This document shows positions 36,315 to 47,277 of a DNA stretch of 64,000 nucleotides, piece after piece. Numbering within the stretch: the stretch's first letter is position 1; every line of letters begins with the position of its first letter. The notes under the pieces were generated by a model, which saw nothing but the letters and a program-made list of their open reading frames with translations, was not told the DNA's origin and did not search any database. The DNA is from Chthoniobacterales bacterium (lineage in GTDB: Bacteria; Verrucomicrobiota; Verrucomicrobiia; Chthoniobacterales; UBA6821). The stretch covers positions 6,094 to 70,093 of the forward strand of contig JBIIGI010000004.1 in the NCBI GenBank assembly GCA_044236545.1, in the 5' to 3' direction. The position numbers and the translations under genes are program-made.

Positions 36315-37379
36315 TCAGGGTCCGGTAAGAATCCCCTCCGCCGCGGCAAGAAGCTCGCCCGTCGTGTGGGCGGCATGCCACGGCCCGCCACCGTCAGATT
36401 CCTTGGGCAGAATCCAGCATTGACGATCACTGCGGACCCAGGGGCCGTAGGTTCCCTGATGCTGGCCGGAAAAGAGAACAAGTGTCCTGCAATCGAGGGC
36501 AGTGGCGGCGTGCGCGGCCGCGGTGTCGACGGTGAGCACACATCCCGCGCCCGCCAGCAGATCGATGAAATCCTGAAGGTTCGCGGGGATCAACACCCGC
36601 GCGTCATCCGCCATCCCCGGCGACGCATTTCGTATCCGTACCAGAAAACTTTCCAAGCGCGCCCTCTGCTCCCCGGATCCCGTGAGAAGAAGCTGGGGGA
36701 GGAGTCCCCTCTCCCGGAGGGCGGCGAGGAATTCCACCCATCGTTCGGTCGGAAAATCCTTCCCCTCCCCGTTGGCAAAGGGGGCGCAGACCCAGTAGGG
36801 GGATTCAATCAGGGATTCCCCCACGGGCTTGAGTTCGGGCCAGATTTCGCGGATACCCACGTCGCGCCCGAGCGCCGCGACAGCAAGCCTCCGGTTGGCC
36901 TCAAGTTCGCGCGGCACGTTCTCCTCCGCATCAGGATATTCCAGAATCTCCGGTCGGAAGATCCGGGTGAAGACCTTCTCGGTCCAGCGGCGCACGGGGC
37001 GCCCGTTGCCCAGTAGGAGATTTTCCACGACGATCCTCTTTTTTGCCGGCGTGCTGTAGAAAAGCACGTTCATGAGATAGTCCCTCATGTGGCGGAGGGA
37101 GATCGAGACATCAGCCCGGACGCCGCGCAGGGAGCGCCAGGGAAGGAAACAGCGAAGGCAGTTCGCCACAAAGAGATTCAGGAAGATCCGTTTTTTCAGG
37201 ATCGGGAGGGCGATCAGGGTCGCCTTTGGAAACTGCCCCCTCACGACCGGTTCGAGAACCGGCAGGACCGAGATGACCAGGTTTTCCTCCCCGAATTCAC
37301 GCGCCATGAGACGCACCGCGCCGGTGGAGATAAAGAAATCCCCGATGCCGTCCGGCTTGAAGAGAAAGCAGCGGGGCAC
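36315..37379 (-). CDS. glycosyltransferase family 9 (heptosyltransferase-like)
   Basis: 354 aa, GTG start. N-terminal KPDGIGDFF and C-terminal LIDLLAGAGCVLTVDTAAAHAA motifs typical of GT9. Confidence 0.75.
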   Translation of the reverse strand: MPRCFLFKPDGIGDFFISTGAVRLMAREFGEENLVISVLPVLEPVVRGQFPKATLIALPILKKRIFLNLFVANCLRCFLPWRSLRGVRADVSISLRHMRDYLMNVLFYSTPAKKRIVVENLLLGNGRPVRRWTEKVFTRIFRPEILEYPDAEENVPRELEANRRLAVAALGRDVGIREIWPELKPVGESLIESPYWVCAPFANGEGKDFPTERWVEFLAALRERGLLPQLLLTGSGEQRARLESFLVRIRNASPGMADDARVLIPANLQDFIDLLAGAGCVLTVDTAAAHAATALDCRTLVLFSGQHQGTYGPWVRSDRQCWILPKESDGGGPWHAAHTTGELLAAAEGILTGP

Positions 37380-37384
37380 CGGAA

Positions 37385-37867
37385 TCAGGCGGAGGGTTCC
37401 TCCTCCCCGTCCCGGAGCAAGGCCGAGCGTCGGCGCTGCAGCCAGACCTTGGCAACCCCCTTCATCCGGGTGAGAAGATAGTAGACCGTCTGGCTCCGCA
37501 GGCGCACCAGTTCGGCACCAACGATCTTGGGCACGAAGTCCGCGGGTATCTCAAGGATCTCCTCCGGCGTGATGCCGTCGAGCCCCTTGCAGAGGATGGA
37601 ACTCATCGCCTTGGTCAGGGTCTGCACCTGGGGACCGAGGGTCACCCTGAAATGCGCGCCACCTTGTTCGTCAAGACGGAGGAAAACGGCCACCGTGTCG
37701 GTGCACTCCTCATCCTTGCGGATGTCCTCGAGGTCGAAGGTCTCTCCCTCCTTGGGTTCCTGGGAGCGAGCCTGATCGGCATAGGCGATCAGGGTCTCCC
37801 GCTTCTCCGCATCGGGGAGATCGGAGAAGAGAGCGATGATCGCGTTGAGCTTCGGAGGATAGGACAT
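37385..37867 (-). CDS. sufE: SufE-like sulfur acceptor protein
   Basis: 160 aa from ATG 37867. N-terminal KLNAIIALFSDLPDAEKRETLIAYA and the ...CTDTVAVFL region are SufE-like. Confidence 0.7.
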   Translation of the reverse strand: MSYPPKLNAIIALFSDLPDAEKRETLIAYADQARSQEPKEGETFDLEDIRKDEECTDTVAVFLRLDEQGGAHFRVTLGPQVQTLTKAMSSILCKGLDGITPEEILEIPADFVPKIVGAELVRLRSQTVYYLLTRMKGVAKVWLQRRRSALLRDGEEEPSA

Positions 37868-37878
37868 CGCCCGGGGAA

Positions 37879-38742
37879 TCAGACCGATTTTTCGATCGGA
37901 GCCCCGACGCGGTTGCCCCACTCGGTCCAGGATCCGTCGTAATTGCGGACATTCCCGAAACCGAGGAGATAGTTGAGGACGAACCAGGTGTGGCTGGAGC
38001 GTTCCCCGATGCGGCAGTACGCGATGATTGCGTCGTCGTTTTTCAAGCCGAGATCATCCTGATAGATTTTGCGAAGTTCCGCCGCATTCTTGAACGTGGC
38101 GTCGGCATTGACGGCTTCCTTCCAGGGGACGCCACGGGCGCCGGGGATGTGTCCCCCGCGCAGGACACCCTCCTGGGGATACTCCGGCATGTGCGTGACC
38201 AAACCCTTGAACTCGCCTGGCGAACGGACATCGATGAGCGGACGACCCGAACGACTCTGCTCCAGCGCATCGGCGTAGAAGGCCCTGATCTCGGCATCGC
38301 GGCGCTTTGCCGGGACGGGATACACCGAGGCCTCGGGATGCGGAACCTCGCGCGTGAGCGGTCGCCCCTCCGCGATCCATTTGTCACGGCCACCATCCAT
38401 GATCTTCACCTTCTCGTGGCCGAAAAGCCGGAATACCCAGAGGGCGTAGCAGGACCACCAGTTGGATTTGTCACCGTAGAAAATGCAGGTCGTCTCCGGA
38501 GTAATTCCGTTCTTCGCGCAGAGCGCGGCAAAGGCCTCCGGTTGGATGTAATCACGGATCGTGTGATCCTGGAGATCGCGCTGCCAATCGATGTGGACGG
38601 CACCGGGAAGGTGTCCCATGTCGTAAAGGAGGACATCCTCGTTGCTCTCGATGAGGAGAAAGTCCTGTTCCCTGAGATGATCCGCGACCCACGCGGTGCT
38701 GACCAGTACTTCGGGGTGGGCGTAGTTGCTGTCGATGCTCAT
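37879..38742 (-). CDS. thiosulfate/3-mercaptopyruvate sulfurtransferase (tandem rhodanese)
   Basis: Active-site loop [11 protein letters not shown] and two rhodanese domains. The ORF starts at GTG 38769; ATG at 38742 preferred. Confidence 0.85.
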   Translation of the reverse strand: MSIDSNYAHPEVLVSTAWVADHLREQDFLLIESNEDVLLYDMGHLPGAVHIDWQRDLQDHTIRDYIQPEAFAALCAKNGITPETTCIFYGDKSNWWSCYALWVFRLFGHEKVKIMDGGRDKWIAEGRPLTREVPHPEASVYPVPAKRRDAEIRAFYADALEQSRSGRPLIDVRSPGEFKGLVTHMPEYPQEGVLRGGHIPGARGVPWKEAVNADATFKNAAELRKIYQDDLGLKNDDAIIAYCRIGERSSHTWFVLNYLLGFGNVRNYDGSWTEWGNRVGAPIEKSV

Positions 38743-38806
38743 GCACTGGTTGTAATCGGTGGAAGTCACCCGGTCAAACCCGCAGGAATGCCATCGCGAA
38801 CTGGAG

Positions 38807-38840
38807 AAAAAAAACGGGCGCCGAATTTCTTCGGCGCCCG
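38807..38840 (-). terminator. rho-independent terminator after the rpmB-small ORF unit
   Basis: Minus strand reads cgggcgccgaa-gaaa-ttcggcgcccg followed by TTTTTTTT. Confidence 0.85.
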
Positions 38841-38871
38841 CATCTCCTCGGGGAGGAAATTGAAAGTCCGC

Positions 38872-39075
38872 TTACTTCTTCTTCTTGAGAAGGGGAAGGC
38901 CGGTGCGCTCGTTCTCGGAAATCTCGTAACCGGCGGGCAACGCGTCGAGCGCACCCTCCTTGGCCTCTCCTCCGAAATAATAGAGGGTCACTTCCTGACC
39001 GCCGCGGAGTTTCTGAAGGCGATGGTGGAGGAAGTAGGTTTTTCCGCTTTTCTTGCTGACGACGCTGAATGCCAT
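38872..39075 (-). CDS. small hypothetical protein (67 aa) downstream of rpmB
   Basis: MAFSVVSKKSGKTYFLHHRLQKLRGGQEVTLYYFGG...TGLPLLKKKK. ATG at 39075; the longer ORF-track version overlaps rpmB out of frame. Followed by a strong terminator. Confidence 0.55.
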   Translation of the reverse strand: MAFSVVSKKSGKTYFLHHRLQKLRGGQEVTLYYFGGEAKEGALDALPAGYEISENERTGLPLLKKKK

Positions 39076-39110
39076 GGTGTGTTTTCCTTTCGGATGTTGG
39101 GGGTTGTGGT

Positions 39111-39374
39111 TTAGATGAGACCGGCTTTCGAGAGCGTGGCATGAGCCCCGTTCTTCGAAATGGTTTTGAGAGCGCGGGCTGTTGCCTTGACGGTCACGAA
39201 CTTCTTCAGTTCGGGCACCCAGATGCGCTTTGTTTTCAAATTGGGATTGAAATAGCGGGGCGTCACGGCGGTGACGTGCATGCCGATGCCGCCCTTCTTC
39301 TTGGCGAGACCCCTGCGATGGATTTTGGAACCGCGCACGGGGCGGGATCCTGTGATGGAGCACTTTCTGGACAT
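39111..39374 (-). CDS. rpmB: 50S ribosomal protein L28
   Basis: 87 aa from ATG 39374. MSRKCSITGSRPVRGSKIHRRG... is the canonical L28 N-terminus. Confidence 0.9.
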   Translation of the reverse strand: MSRKCSITGSRPVRGSKIHRRGLAKKKGGIGMHVTAVTPRYFNPNLKTKRIWVPELKKFVTVKATARALKTISKNGAHATLSKAGLI

Positions 39375-39444
39375 AAATGAAATTGGTTGGGTTCTGATAT
39401 CGACAGTTGAGGGGCCCTCGGTCAAGGATTTTTGGACTTTCTCT

Positions 39445-40182
39445 TCAGAAAGTCCCCAGGACCTCTTCCTGGAGGGCGACGAGTTTCCGGATGCCGCGGC
39501 GTCCGTATTCCAGCATCCGGGCCAGATGTTCCTCACCGAACACGCTCTCCTCTCCGGAGGCCTGCAGTTCGATGAAATCTAGGTCTCCGGTCATCACGAG
39601 ATTCAGATCCACCTCGGCATCCTTGTCCTCCAGATAATCGAGATCCAGGAGGACCTCCGATCCGACGACACCGACGCTCACCGCGGCGACCCGGCGGGAA
39701 ACGGGGCTTTTGGGCAGCTTCCCCTCCCTGACAAGCCCCCGGCAGGCGAGCTCGATGGCGACTCCCGCCCCGGTGATGGCCGCGGTGCGGGTTCCTCCGT
39801 CGGCCTGAAGGACGTCGCAATCGACCCAGAGGGTGCGTGCCCCCAGGGCCTCCAGATCGATTCCCGCCCTCAGGGATCGGCCGATCAGGCGCTGGATCTC
39901 GGTGGAGCGGCCATCGATCTTCCCCCGCGTGCTGTCACGTGATTTTCGGGGCGATGTCGAGTAAGGGAGCATCGAGTACTCCGCTGTAAGCCAGCCCCCC
40001 GTGACCCCCTGTTCTTTCATCCAGCGAGGGACTCCCTCCTCGATGCTGGCCGCGCAGAGAACCTGCGTGCGACCGAATGAGACAAGAACGGAACCCGAGG
40101 CCTGGGGAGCGATTCCGGGAACGAAGGAAATCTCGCGGAGGGCATCCGGAGACCTGTTGGAGGAGCGTTGTCGTGTGTTCAT
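39445..40182 (-). CDS. rph: ribonuclease PH
   Basis: 245 aa from ATG 40182. GSVLVSFGRTQVLCAAS...GWLTAEYSMLP...GRSTEIQRLIGRSLR...DCDVLQADGGTRTAAITG motifs. Confidence 0.95.
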   Translation of the reverse strand: MNTRQRSSNRSPDALREISFVPGIAPQASGSVLVSFGRTQVLCAASIEEGVPRWMKEQGVTGGWLTAEYSMLPYSTSPRKSRDSTRGKIDGRSTEIQRLIGRSLRAGIDLEALGARTLWVDCDVLQADGGTRTAAITGAGVAIELACRGLVREGKLPKSPVSRRVAAVSVGVVGSEVLLDLDYLEDKDAEVDLNLVMTGDLDFIELQASGEESVFGEEHLARMLEYGRRGIRKLVALQEEVLGTF

Positions 40183-40231
40183 GGTGTTTGTTTGAATCAG
40201 TGTGGGCGGAAAGCGGTGCATCGGCAGGGCT

Positions 40232-42181
40232 TCACATCCCCTGCAATGTAGGAACCGTCGGATTGTCACGGATACTTTGGTGATTGTGAAGCGCCGGGAT
40301 GACCGATTGGCGGACAACCCCCGCCATCCGTTGATCACCCGAGCGCTCGTAGGCCGACGCGGAGGCGCTGGCCGCGTCAATGGCCCGGTCGAAATTTCCG
40401 GATTCCGCGAGCGAGGCGCTCAACGTGAGCAGGAAAAGAGGCGCCTCCCCCCCTGTGGCCGAGACGATGGACTCGGACAAGGCGACGGCTTCAGCACCGT
40501 CACGGACCCTGTTGTCGGGATGCGTTGCCAGGAGCCATGCGAGGGCGCGATGGTTCTGGAGATCGGCGGGATCGATCCGCATGGCGAGACGGTAGATTCC
40601 GGCGGCCTCGACGGCATCGCCGTTCATTAGCAACACGGCGGCGAGGTTCCGCGCGGCACCTGATGTAGCCCTGACCTGAAGCGACTGTTGAAAGCCCGTG
40701 ATCGCTTCCCGACGCCGCCCCATCTTCAGCAGGGTCAATCCGAGGTCGTTATAAGCCTCTGCATTGCTGGGTCGCAGGCGGATGGCCTCCTGAAATTCCA
40801 GCAACGCCTCGGGAAATTTCCCCTGCGCATCGAGCGTGCAGGCATGGTTATGACGGGATTTCCAGCTGGTGGAATTGCTCGCTAGGATAGCCGGAAAAAG
40901 CGATTCCCCCGAGGCCCACTCGGGCAACCGGAGAAGGGTCGCGGCCGTCCAACCCGTCAGCAGCACGAGGGACGTGATTGCGCCGATCCGGGGCGGGGCC
41001 TGGCACAGGGCCATGGAGAGCGCCAGGGACGGTCCGAGCATCGCAAGATAGAGATACCGGTCGCTGACGGTGGAGACGACCTGGAAGTTGAAGGGAATCA
41101 GGCCCAGCGTCGGCAGGACACCGATCACCAGAAGGGCGTAGGGAAGGAGGTAGGGACGGAGAGACTTGCGCACGGCAAGCAGCACCGCGAGGGCCGCAGG
41201 AATCAACCAACTCCAGAAAAGCGTCCCCGCCTCGAAAAGGGAATTCGGCGAACGGCCGTAATCGGCGCAGAGTCCGCATGGAGGGAGCGGCCAGACGAGC
41301 TTCCCGAAGTAGAACGCCAGGGCATCGCCTGCCACAAGCGGCCTTGCCCAAAGGGGCACCAGGGAACGGGCCAACTCGGCGGCGGGCTGCGCCTTGGAAG
41401 TCATCACGACCTCGGCAATGGCCATCGCAAACCAGGGGAGGAGCCAGAGGAGAGGCTGGAGCGGGCGTCGGCGCGCGATGAGCACGCATCCCCCGCAAAT
41501 CAGGGCGAGCGCCGGAGTCACCACGCTTCCGGGCTTCGATCCCAGCGCAAGGATCAGGCTGAGACCGGCCGCAACACACAGCCACACTCGTCGTATAGGC
41601 CTCCCTCCTTCGTCCAGAAATCCGAGAAACAGTGCGACCGCTCCCAGGGAGAAAGCACCACCCAGCAGATCACGAAGCCCTGAGACCCAGGCAACCGCCT
41701 CCACCTGGATGGGATGCAACGCGAAGGCCAAGGATCCAGCCGCGGCGCAAAAGAGAAGGCGTAATCGAGGGTAGGAATCACCCAAGAGCGCTTCCTGAAG
41801 GCGGCGAAGGATGACGAAGACCATCGCGGTGGAGAGAAGATGCACGGCCAGATTCGCCCCATGGAAGAGCGCCGGATCGATCGGACCAACCGCGACACCC
41901 GTTCCTGCTAGGAGTCGTGAGAGGGCAACCAGTGCGGCCCAGACCGTGTAGGTGACTGGAATGTAGAGTTGCTGGAACGGGCCCGTCCAGAAAAGCAGGA
42001 CGCTGCCGGTCGAGAGAGGCGAATAAAGCGGGTTGCGATGGATGTTGGTGTCGTCATCCCAGAAAGGAAGAAACCCGAAGCCGAGCACCCCGGCATACAC
42101 GGAAGCCACGATCAGCAGAAGCCCCGTCAGGAGCGCGGTGGGGAGCCAGCGTGGCAATCCGGGGGGGTCCGGTCTTTTCAT
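40232..42181 (-). CDS. polytopic membrane protein with C-terminal TPR repeats (TMTC/PMT-like glycosyltransferase architecture)
   Basis: ~10 TM segments. N-terminal FLPFWDDDTNIHRNPL motif typical of TMTC-like proteins. C-terminal TPRs (AEAYNDLGLTLLKMGRRREAI...). ATG at 42181 forms an ATGA overlap with the upstream stop. Confidence 0.65.
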   Translation of the reverse strand: MKRPDPPGLPRWLPTALLTGLLLIVASVYAGVLGFGFLPFWDDDTNIHRNPLYSPLSTGSVLLFWTGPFQQLYIPVTYTVWAALVALSRLLAGTGVAVGPIDPALFHGANLAVHLLSTAMVFVILRRLQEALLGDSYPRLRLLFCAAAGSLAFALHPIQVEAVAWVSGLRDLLGGAFSLGAVALFLGFLDEGGRPIRRVWLCVAAGLSLILALGSKPGSVVTPALALICGGCVLIARRRPLQPLLWLLPWFAMAIAEVVMTSKAQPAAELARSLVPLWARPLVAGDALAFYFGKLVWPLPPCGLCADYGRSPNSLFEAGTLFWSWLIPAALAVLLAVRKSLRPYLLPYALLVIGVLPTLGLIPFNFQVVSTVSDRYLYLAMLGPSLALSMALCQAPPRIGAITSLVLLTGWTAATLLRLPEWASGESLFPAILASNSTSWKSRHNHACTLDAQGKFPEALLEFQEAIRLRPSNAEAYNDLGLTLLKMGRRREAITGFQQSLQVRATSGAARNLAAVLLMNGDAVEAAGIYRLAMRIDPADLQNHRALAWLLATHPDNRVRDGAEAVALSESIVSATGGEAPLFLLTLSASLAESGNFDRAIDAASASASAYERSGDQRMAGVVRQSVIPALHNHQSIRDNPTVPTLQGM

Positions 42182-43410
42182 GAACGACCGGAGATCCATA
42201 TCCGCGGGGGAAACCTGTTGGCGAGAACGCGCTCGGCGGGGCTTCCATCCCCACCCTCGTCGGGAATCGCCAGAAAATCAGCGACGGCACCGGGTGAAAG
42301 CTCCCCGAGCAATCCAGCGTGACCGATGGCGGCCGCCGGCCTGATCGTCGCCATGGCAAGGATTTCAGCGGGATCGAGATCCGGAAAAGAATCCCTCATC
42401 GCCCGCAACTCGGCGAACATGTTGAGGTCCTGATTGCTGGCAAGACTGTCGGTTCCGAGGAGCACCGGGATGCCGGCGTCGCGGAAAAACCCCAGGTCAA
42501 ACCGGGGACGGCTGAAAAAGGCGTGGGTGCGCGGGCAATGAATGACGGGATAGCTCCCGGCAAGACGGCGCAGAAGACTCCTGTCCTCGCCGTCCAGGAA
42601 GTTCATGTGTACAAGCAGCGATCCCTCGGGAAGAAGTCCATCCGACAGAAGCGCCTGAACGGGGGTGACACCCCGGCAGTCCTCCATCGGACGACCGATC
42701 GAGCGGAGGAAGTCATGGAGAGGGCCATCTCCCCGGGTGAACATCGAGATCTCCTCGTCCGACTCCGCAAGATGGGTGCAGATTGGCAGCGCGTATTTCC
42801 CGGCGAAGATCCGGACGAGATCGTAGAGTTGCCGGGATGCAGTGTAGGGGGCGTGCGGGGAAATGCCCACTCCCCCACTCCCCCCGGGCGCCTGCCCGGA
42901 GAAGTTGATTGCACCCGCGAGGGCCTCCTCTGAGTTGAGCCGGCTTCGGATATCCATCACCTCCAGGAAGTTGATGACGCGGATCGCGGGCGTTGGGAGG
43001 AGGGGTATGATTTCGGGAAACGACTCGATGTTGAGGACCGTCGTGCATCCCCACATCCTCAACTCGTCGATCCCCGCAGAAATCGCCGCGAGATAATCCG
43101 CCTGATCCAGGGAGCGCCTGATCGCATTGAGGCGCTGGATCCAGGCGGAGAAGGATTTTTCTCCCGCGAGGGCGCCTCTCATCATCGTGTAATCAAGATG
43201 GCAATGGGCGTTGATGAATCCCGGGAGGAGGATGCACTCCCCCAGATCCTCAATGATCGCGGCGGAATACTCGCGGATGAGATCATTCCACATGCCTATG
43301 GCAAGAATCTTACCGTCACGGACCGCCACTCCCCCGTCCTCGATCGGCGACCGGATCACCGGCACAACGGTCCGGGCACGGAACAATCGGGTGGCTTCGG
43401 GATGAGGCAT
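42178..43410 (-). CDS. amidohydrolase family protein (chlorohydrolase/nucleoside-deaminase-like)
   Basis: 410 aa. Metal-binding PGFINAHCHLDYT, THLAES and LGTDSLASN motifs. Substrate not assignable from sequence. Confidence 0.75.
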   Translation of the reverse strand: MPHPEATRLFRARTVVPVIRSPIEDGGVAVRDGKILAIGMWNDLIREYSAAIIEDLGECILLPGFINAHCHLDYTMMRGALAGEKSFSAWIQRLNAIRRSLDQADYLAAISAGIDELRMWGCTTVLNIESFPEIIPLLPTPAIRVINFLEVMDIRSRLNSEEALAGAINFSGQAPGGSGGVGISPHAPYTASRQLYDLVRIFAGKYALPICTHLAESDEEISMFTRGDGPLHDFLRSIGRPMEDCRGVTPVQALLSDGLLPEGSLLVHMNFLDGEDRSLLRRLAGSYPVIHCPRTHAFFSRPRFDLGFFRDAGIPVLLGTDSLASNQDLNMFAELRAMRDSFPDLDPAEILAMATIRPAAAIGHAGLLGELSPGAVADFLAIPDEGGDGSPAERVLANRFPPRIWISGRS

Positions 43411-43424
43411 GGAAAGGTTTTAAC

Positions 43425-43752
43425 CCGGATTTTGCAAAGGAACCATGACAACCGCTCCGCAGCGTTCAGCAAGAGTGAGAGTGGCGGTCGGGTTAAAAAT
43501 TTGAAACGTTAAAAGGTTACAAGGGTCTGAAATGGAAACCATGATTCAACTCTTCGGTCCGTACTGCTGCAACGAGTTCTCTGAATTCGCCATCACGATT
43601 CTCAGATCAGGGCTGTTTTGATCCACTTTGACGCCACTTGCCACCCGGCAAGCGGTGGCGCCCTTTGGGTCCTCCCGCAGTCGCGGGACGGGATCTTCCG
43701 CGACTCTTCCCAGAGCCTTGGTTGTAACGCTTCAACGTTCTAACCTTTTAAC
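43425..43752. repeat. composite repeat block C: X-like module + family-1 hairpin
   Basis: X-like ttaacccggattttgcaaagg... at 43425-43490. F1 left arm gggttaaaaatttgaaacgttaaaaggttacaagggtctga (43491-43530). Right arm ccttggttgtaacgcttcaacgttctaaccttttaac (43716-43752). Confidence 0.8.
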
Positions 43753-43793
43753 ATCTTTCTTTGTCCATCCCGCCTCGAAGGCAGATTTTAGAT

Positions 43794-44429
43794 TCACTCC
43801 TTCTTCGGGAGATTGCCTTTGGCAATCGGTCGCGCCGCAGCCACCACCAGGTTGCAGAGTTCCCGGCACAGAAGCGGGATGCGGTCGGGGGGGAGTTCTT
43901 CGAGAGAGAGTTTGGAAACGGGTAGCGAGGTGATCGGATGACCCGGAGCAAGATCCCAGAGGATCGTCCTCAGGCAGCCACCCTCCGAGGTGCAGCAGCG
44001 ACCGACAAGTTCCGAGGCCTGATCATCCCTGAGGAGTTGGGTGATCCGGTACATGCCGGTCTGACGATCAAGGGTCTCCCGGAGAGTTGTCGGATGGAGC
44101 TTCCCTCGCAGATGGGAAAGCCAAAGCCCGAGGGCGGAGGGGTAAAAGAATTCGAGGGCGAGTTCCATTCCCTCCAGCGTTCCCACCTCCAGCAGCCACC
44201 CACCTTTGAGATTCGGAGCCGTCTTGAGAGAACGAAAATTCCCCTCGGCATCATAGCGCGCAATCTCCCTTGCATCGGCGGGTGATCCGTAGCGGACAAG
44301 ATCATCGCGTCCGGCATCATCGGCATGACGGAGTGTGAAATCAGACTCCATCAGGATCTGGCCAATGCGATTCCTTCCCTCCTCAAGACAGGAGGCCAGT
44401 AGAAGGCGCGGAGTGGCGGGGGCATCCAT
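43794..44429 (-). CDS. hypothetical Cys-rich protein (CCx5C ... Cx3C), tail gene of the atp operon
   Basis: 211 aa. Starts 20 nt after the atpC stop on the same strand. C-terminal GRCCTSEGGC...LLCRELC cluster. Any Fe-S or DR2241-like assignment is a guess. Confidence 0.5.
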   Translation of the reverse strand: MDAPATPRLLLASCLEEGRNRIGQILMESDFTLRHADDAGRDDLVRYGSPADAREIARYDAEGNFRSLKTAPNLKGGWLLEVGTLEGMELALEFFYPSALGLWLSHLRGKLHPTTLRETLDRQTGMYRITQLLRDDQASELVGRCCTSEGGCLRTILWDLAPGHPITSLPVSKLSLEELPPDRIPLLCRELCNLVVAAARPIAKGNLPKKE

Positions 44430-44449
44430 TCGAGAACCCCGTGCGGGGA

Positions 44450-44860
44450 TCAGTGCCTGGAGCGACGCTTCACGTGAAGCTGGGCGAGAGAGCGGAGCAA
44501 CGAAGCCTGGACAAAGGCTAGTTCCTCACCGGCGAGCGCCTTCTCGTCGATCTCCTTGCGGGCGCGCGCCACGGCTTCCTCGGCGGCCTTCTCGTCGATC
44601 TCCGCCTCCGCGACAGCCATGTCGGTCATCACCGAAACGCGGTCGGGCAGCACCTCGAGGAAACCGCTTCCGACGGCGAGAAAATGCTCGCCTTCGGTGG
44701 TCGTGTAGCGGAGTTCCCCGGGATTGATCTGGGTCATCAGGGGCATGTGATCGGGGAGGATCCCGATCTCACCCTCGACCCCGGGAACAACCACCATCTG
44801 GGCCTCGCCCGAGAAGGTGCGTGCCTCCGGCGTGACGATCTCGAGGTGCAGGGTTGCCAT
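44450..44860 (-). CDS. atpC: F0F1 ATP synthase subunit epsilon
   Basis: 136 aa from ATG 44860 (MATLHLEIVTPE...). Starts 1 nt after the atpD stop. Confidence 0.9.
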   Translation of the reverse strand: MATLHLEIVTPEARTFSGEAQMVVVPGVEGEIGILPDHMPLMTQINPGELRYTTTEGEHFLAVGSGFLEVLPDRVSVMTDMAVAEAEIDEKAAEEAVARARKEIDEKALAGEELAFVQASLLRSLAQLHVKRRSRH

Positions 44861-44861
44861 C

Positions 44862-46370
<1,509 letters not shown>

Positions 46371-47228
46371 TTAAGCCAATGCCATCTGGGCTGTGGTGAT
46401 TTCGAGGAGTTCGGTGGTGATGCTGGCCTGGCGGGCCTTGTTGTATTCGAGTGTGAGATCCTTCACGAGGCTCTTCGCGTTGTCCGTTGCGCTCTTCATC
46501 GCGACCATGCGTGCGCTCTGCTCGGATGCCCGGGCATCGAGGATCATCTGGAAGACGGTGAAGTGGAAGTAGTAGGGCAGCACCGCGTTGAGCACCTCGT
46601 CGGAATCGGGCTCGAAGAGGAACTGTGCGCCCGCGGCCTTGTCGTCGTGGTCATGGCCGGCCGCTACTTCCTTGGAAATCGGCAGGAGCGGGACAAGGAC
46701 GGGCTTCTGGGTGAGCGTGTTGACGAACTTGGGATAGAGGACGGAGACACGATCAACTTCGCCGGAGAGGAACTTCTCGAGACAGAACTTCGAGATGGCC
46801 TTGGTCTGGAGGAAGGAAGGGCTGTCGGGAAGCGAGAAGTCCGCGATCATGTTGCGGCCGGTGCGGACTAGGAACGATGCTCCTTTCTTGCCGCAGGCCA
46901 CAAACTCGGTCGCACCGACATCCAGGGTCGCCGCTTCGCGGAGCACATTGGTGTTGAGCGCACCGCAGAGTCCCTTGTCCGAGGTGACGAGGAGAACGAG
47001 GCTCTTCTTCACCGGGCGGGCCTCAAGAAGCGGGTGGGCCGTCTCGCTGACAAGATCGCGGAGCGAAACGAGGACGCGATTCAGTACCTCCGAGTAGGGA
47101 TGACCCGCCAGCGCCGCCAGCTGCGCCTTGCGCATCTTGGAGGCGGCGACCATCTGCATCGCCTTGGTGATCTGGGCGGTGTTCTTGACCGACTTGATGC
47201 GTCGGCGGATGTCGCGGGTATTGGCCAT
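46371..47228 (-). CDS. atpG: F0F1 ATP synthase subunit gamma
   Basis: 285 aa. [36 protein letters not shown] canonical N-terminus. Confidence 0.95.
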   Translation of the reverse strand: MANTRDIRRRIKSVKNTAQITKAMQMVAASKMRKAQLAALAGHPYSEVLNRVLVSLRDLVSETAHPLLEARPVKKSLVLLVTSDKGLCGALNTNVLREAATLDVGATEFVACGKKGASFLVRTGRNMIADFSLPDSPSFLQTKAISKFCLEKFLSGEVDRVSVLYPKFVNTLTQKPVLVPLLPISKEVAAGHDHDDKAAGAQFLFEPDSDEVLNAVLPYYFHFTVFQMILDARASEQSARMVAMKSATDNAKSLVKDLTLEYNKARQASITTELLEITTAQMALA

Positions 47229-47277
47229 GGGCTGGTGCTAGTCGGTTTCCCGTTCTTCTCCTGGGTTCCTTGATCCC

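Noticed and set aside
36223-36400. tRNA-Asn as an integration site for a genomic island.
   Set aside because: No integrase, no direct repeat of the tRNA 3' end, and a housekeeping-type GT9 gene abuts the tRNA within 18 nt.
39434-39455. 8-bp hairpin ggactttc/gaaagtcc at the rph stop as a terminator.
   Set aside because: On the rph strand it is followed by an A-run, not a U-run. It overlaps the stop codon. rpmB needs a promoter in the same 70-nt spacer, so the function is unclear and it is not called.
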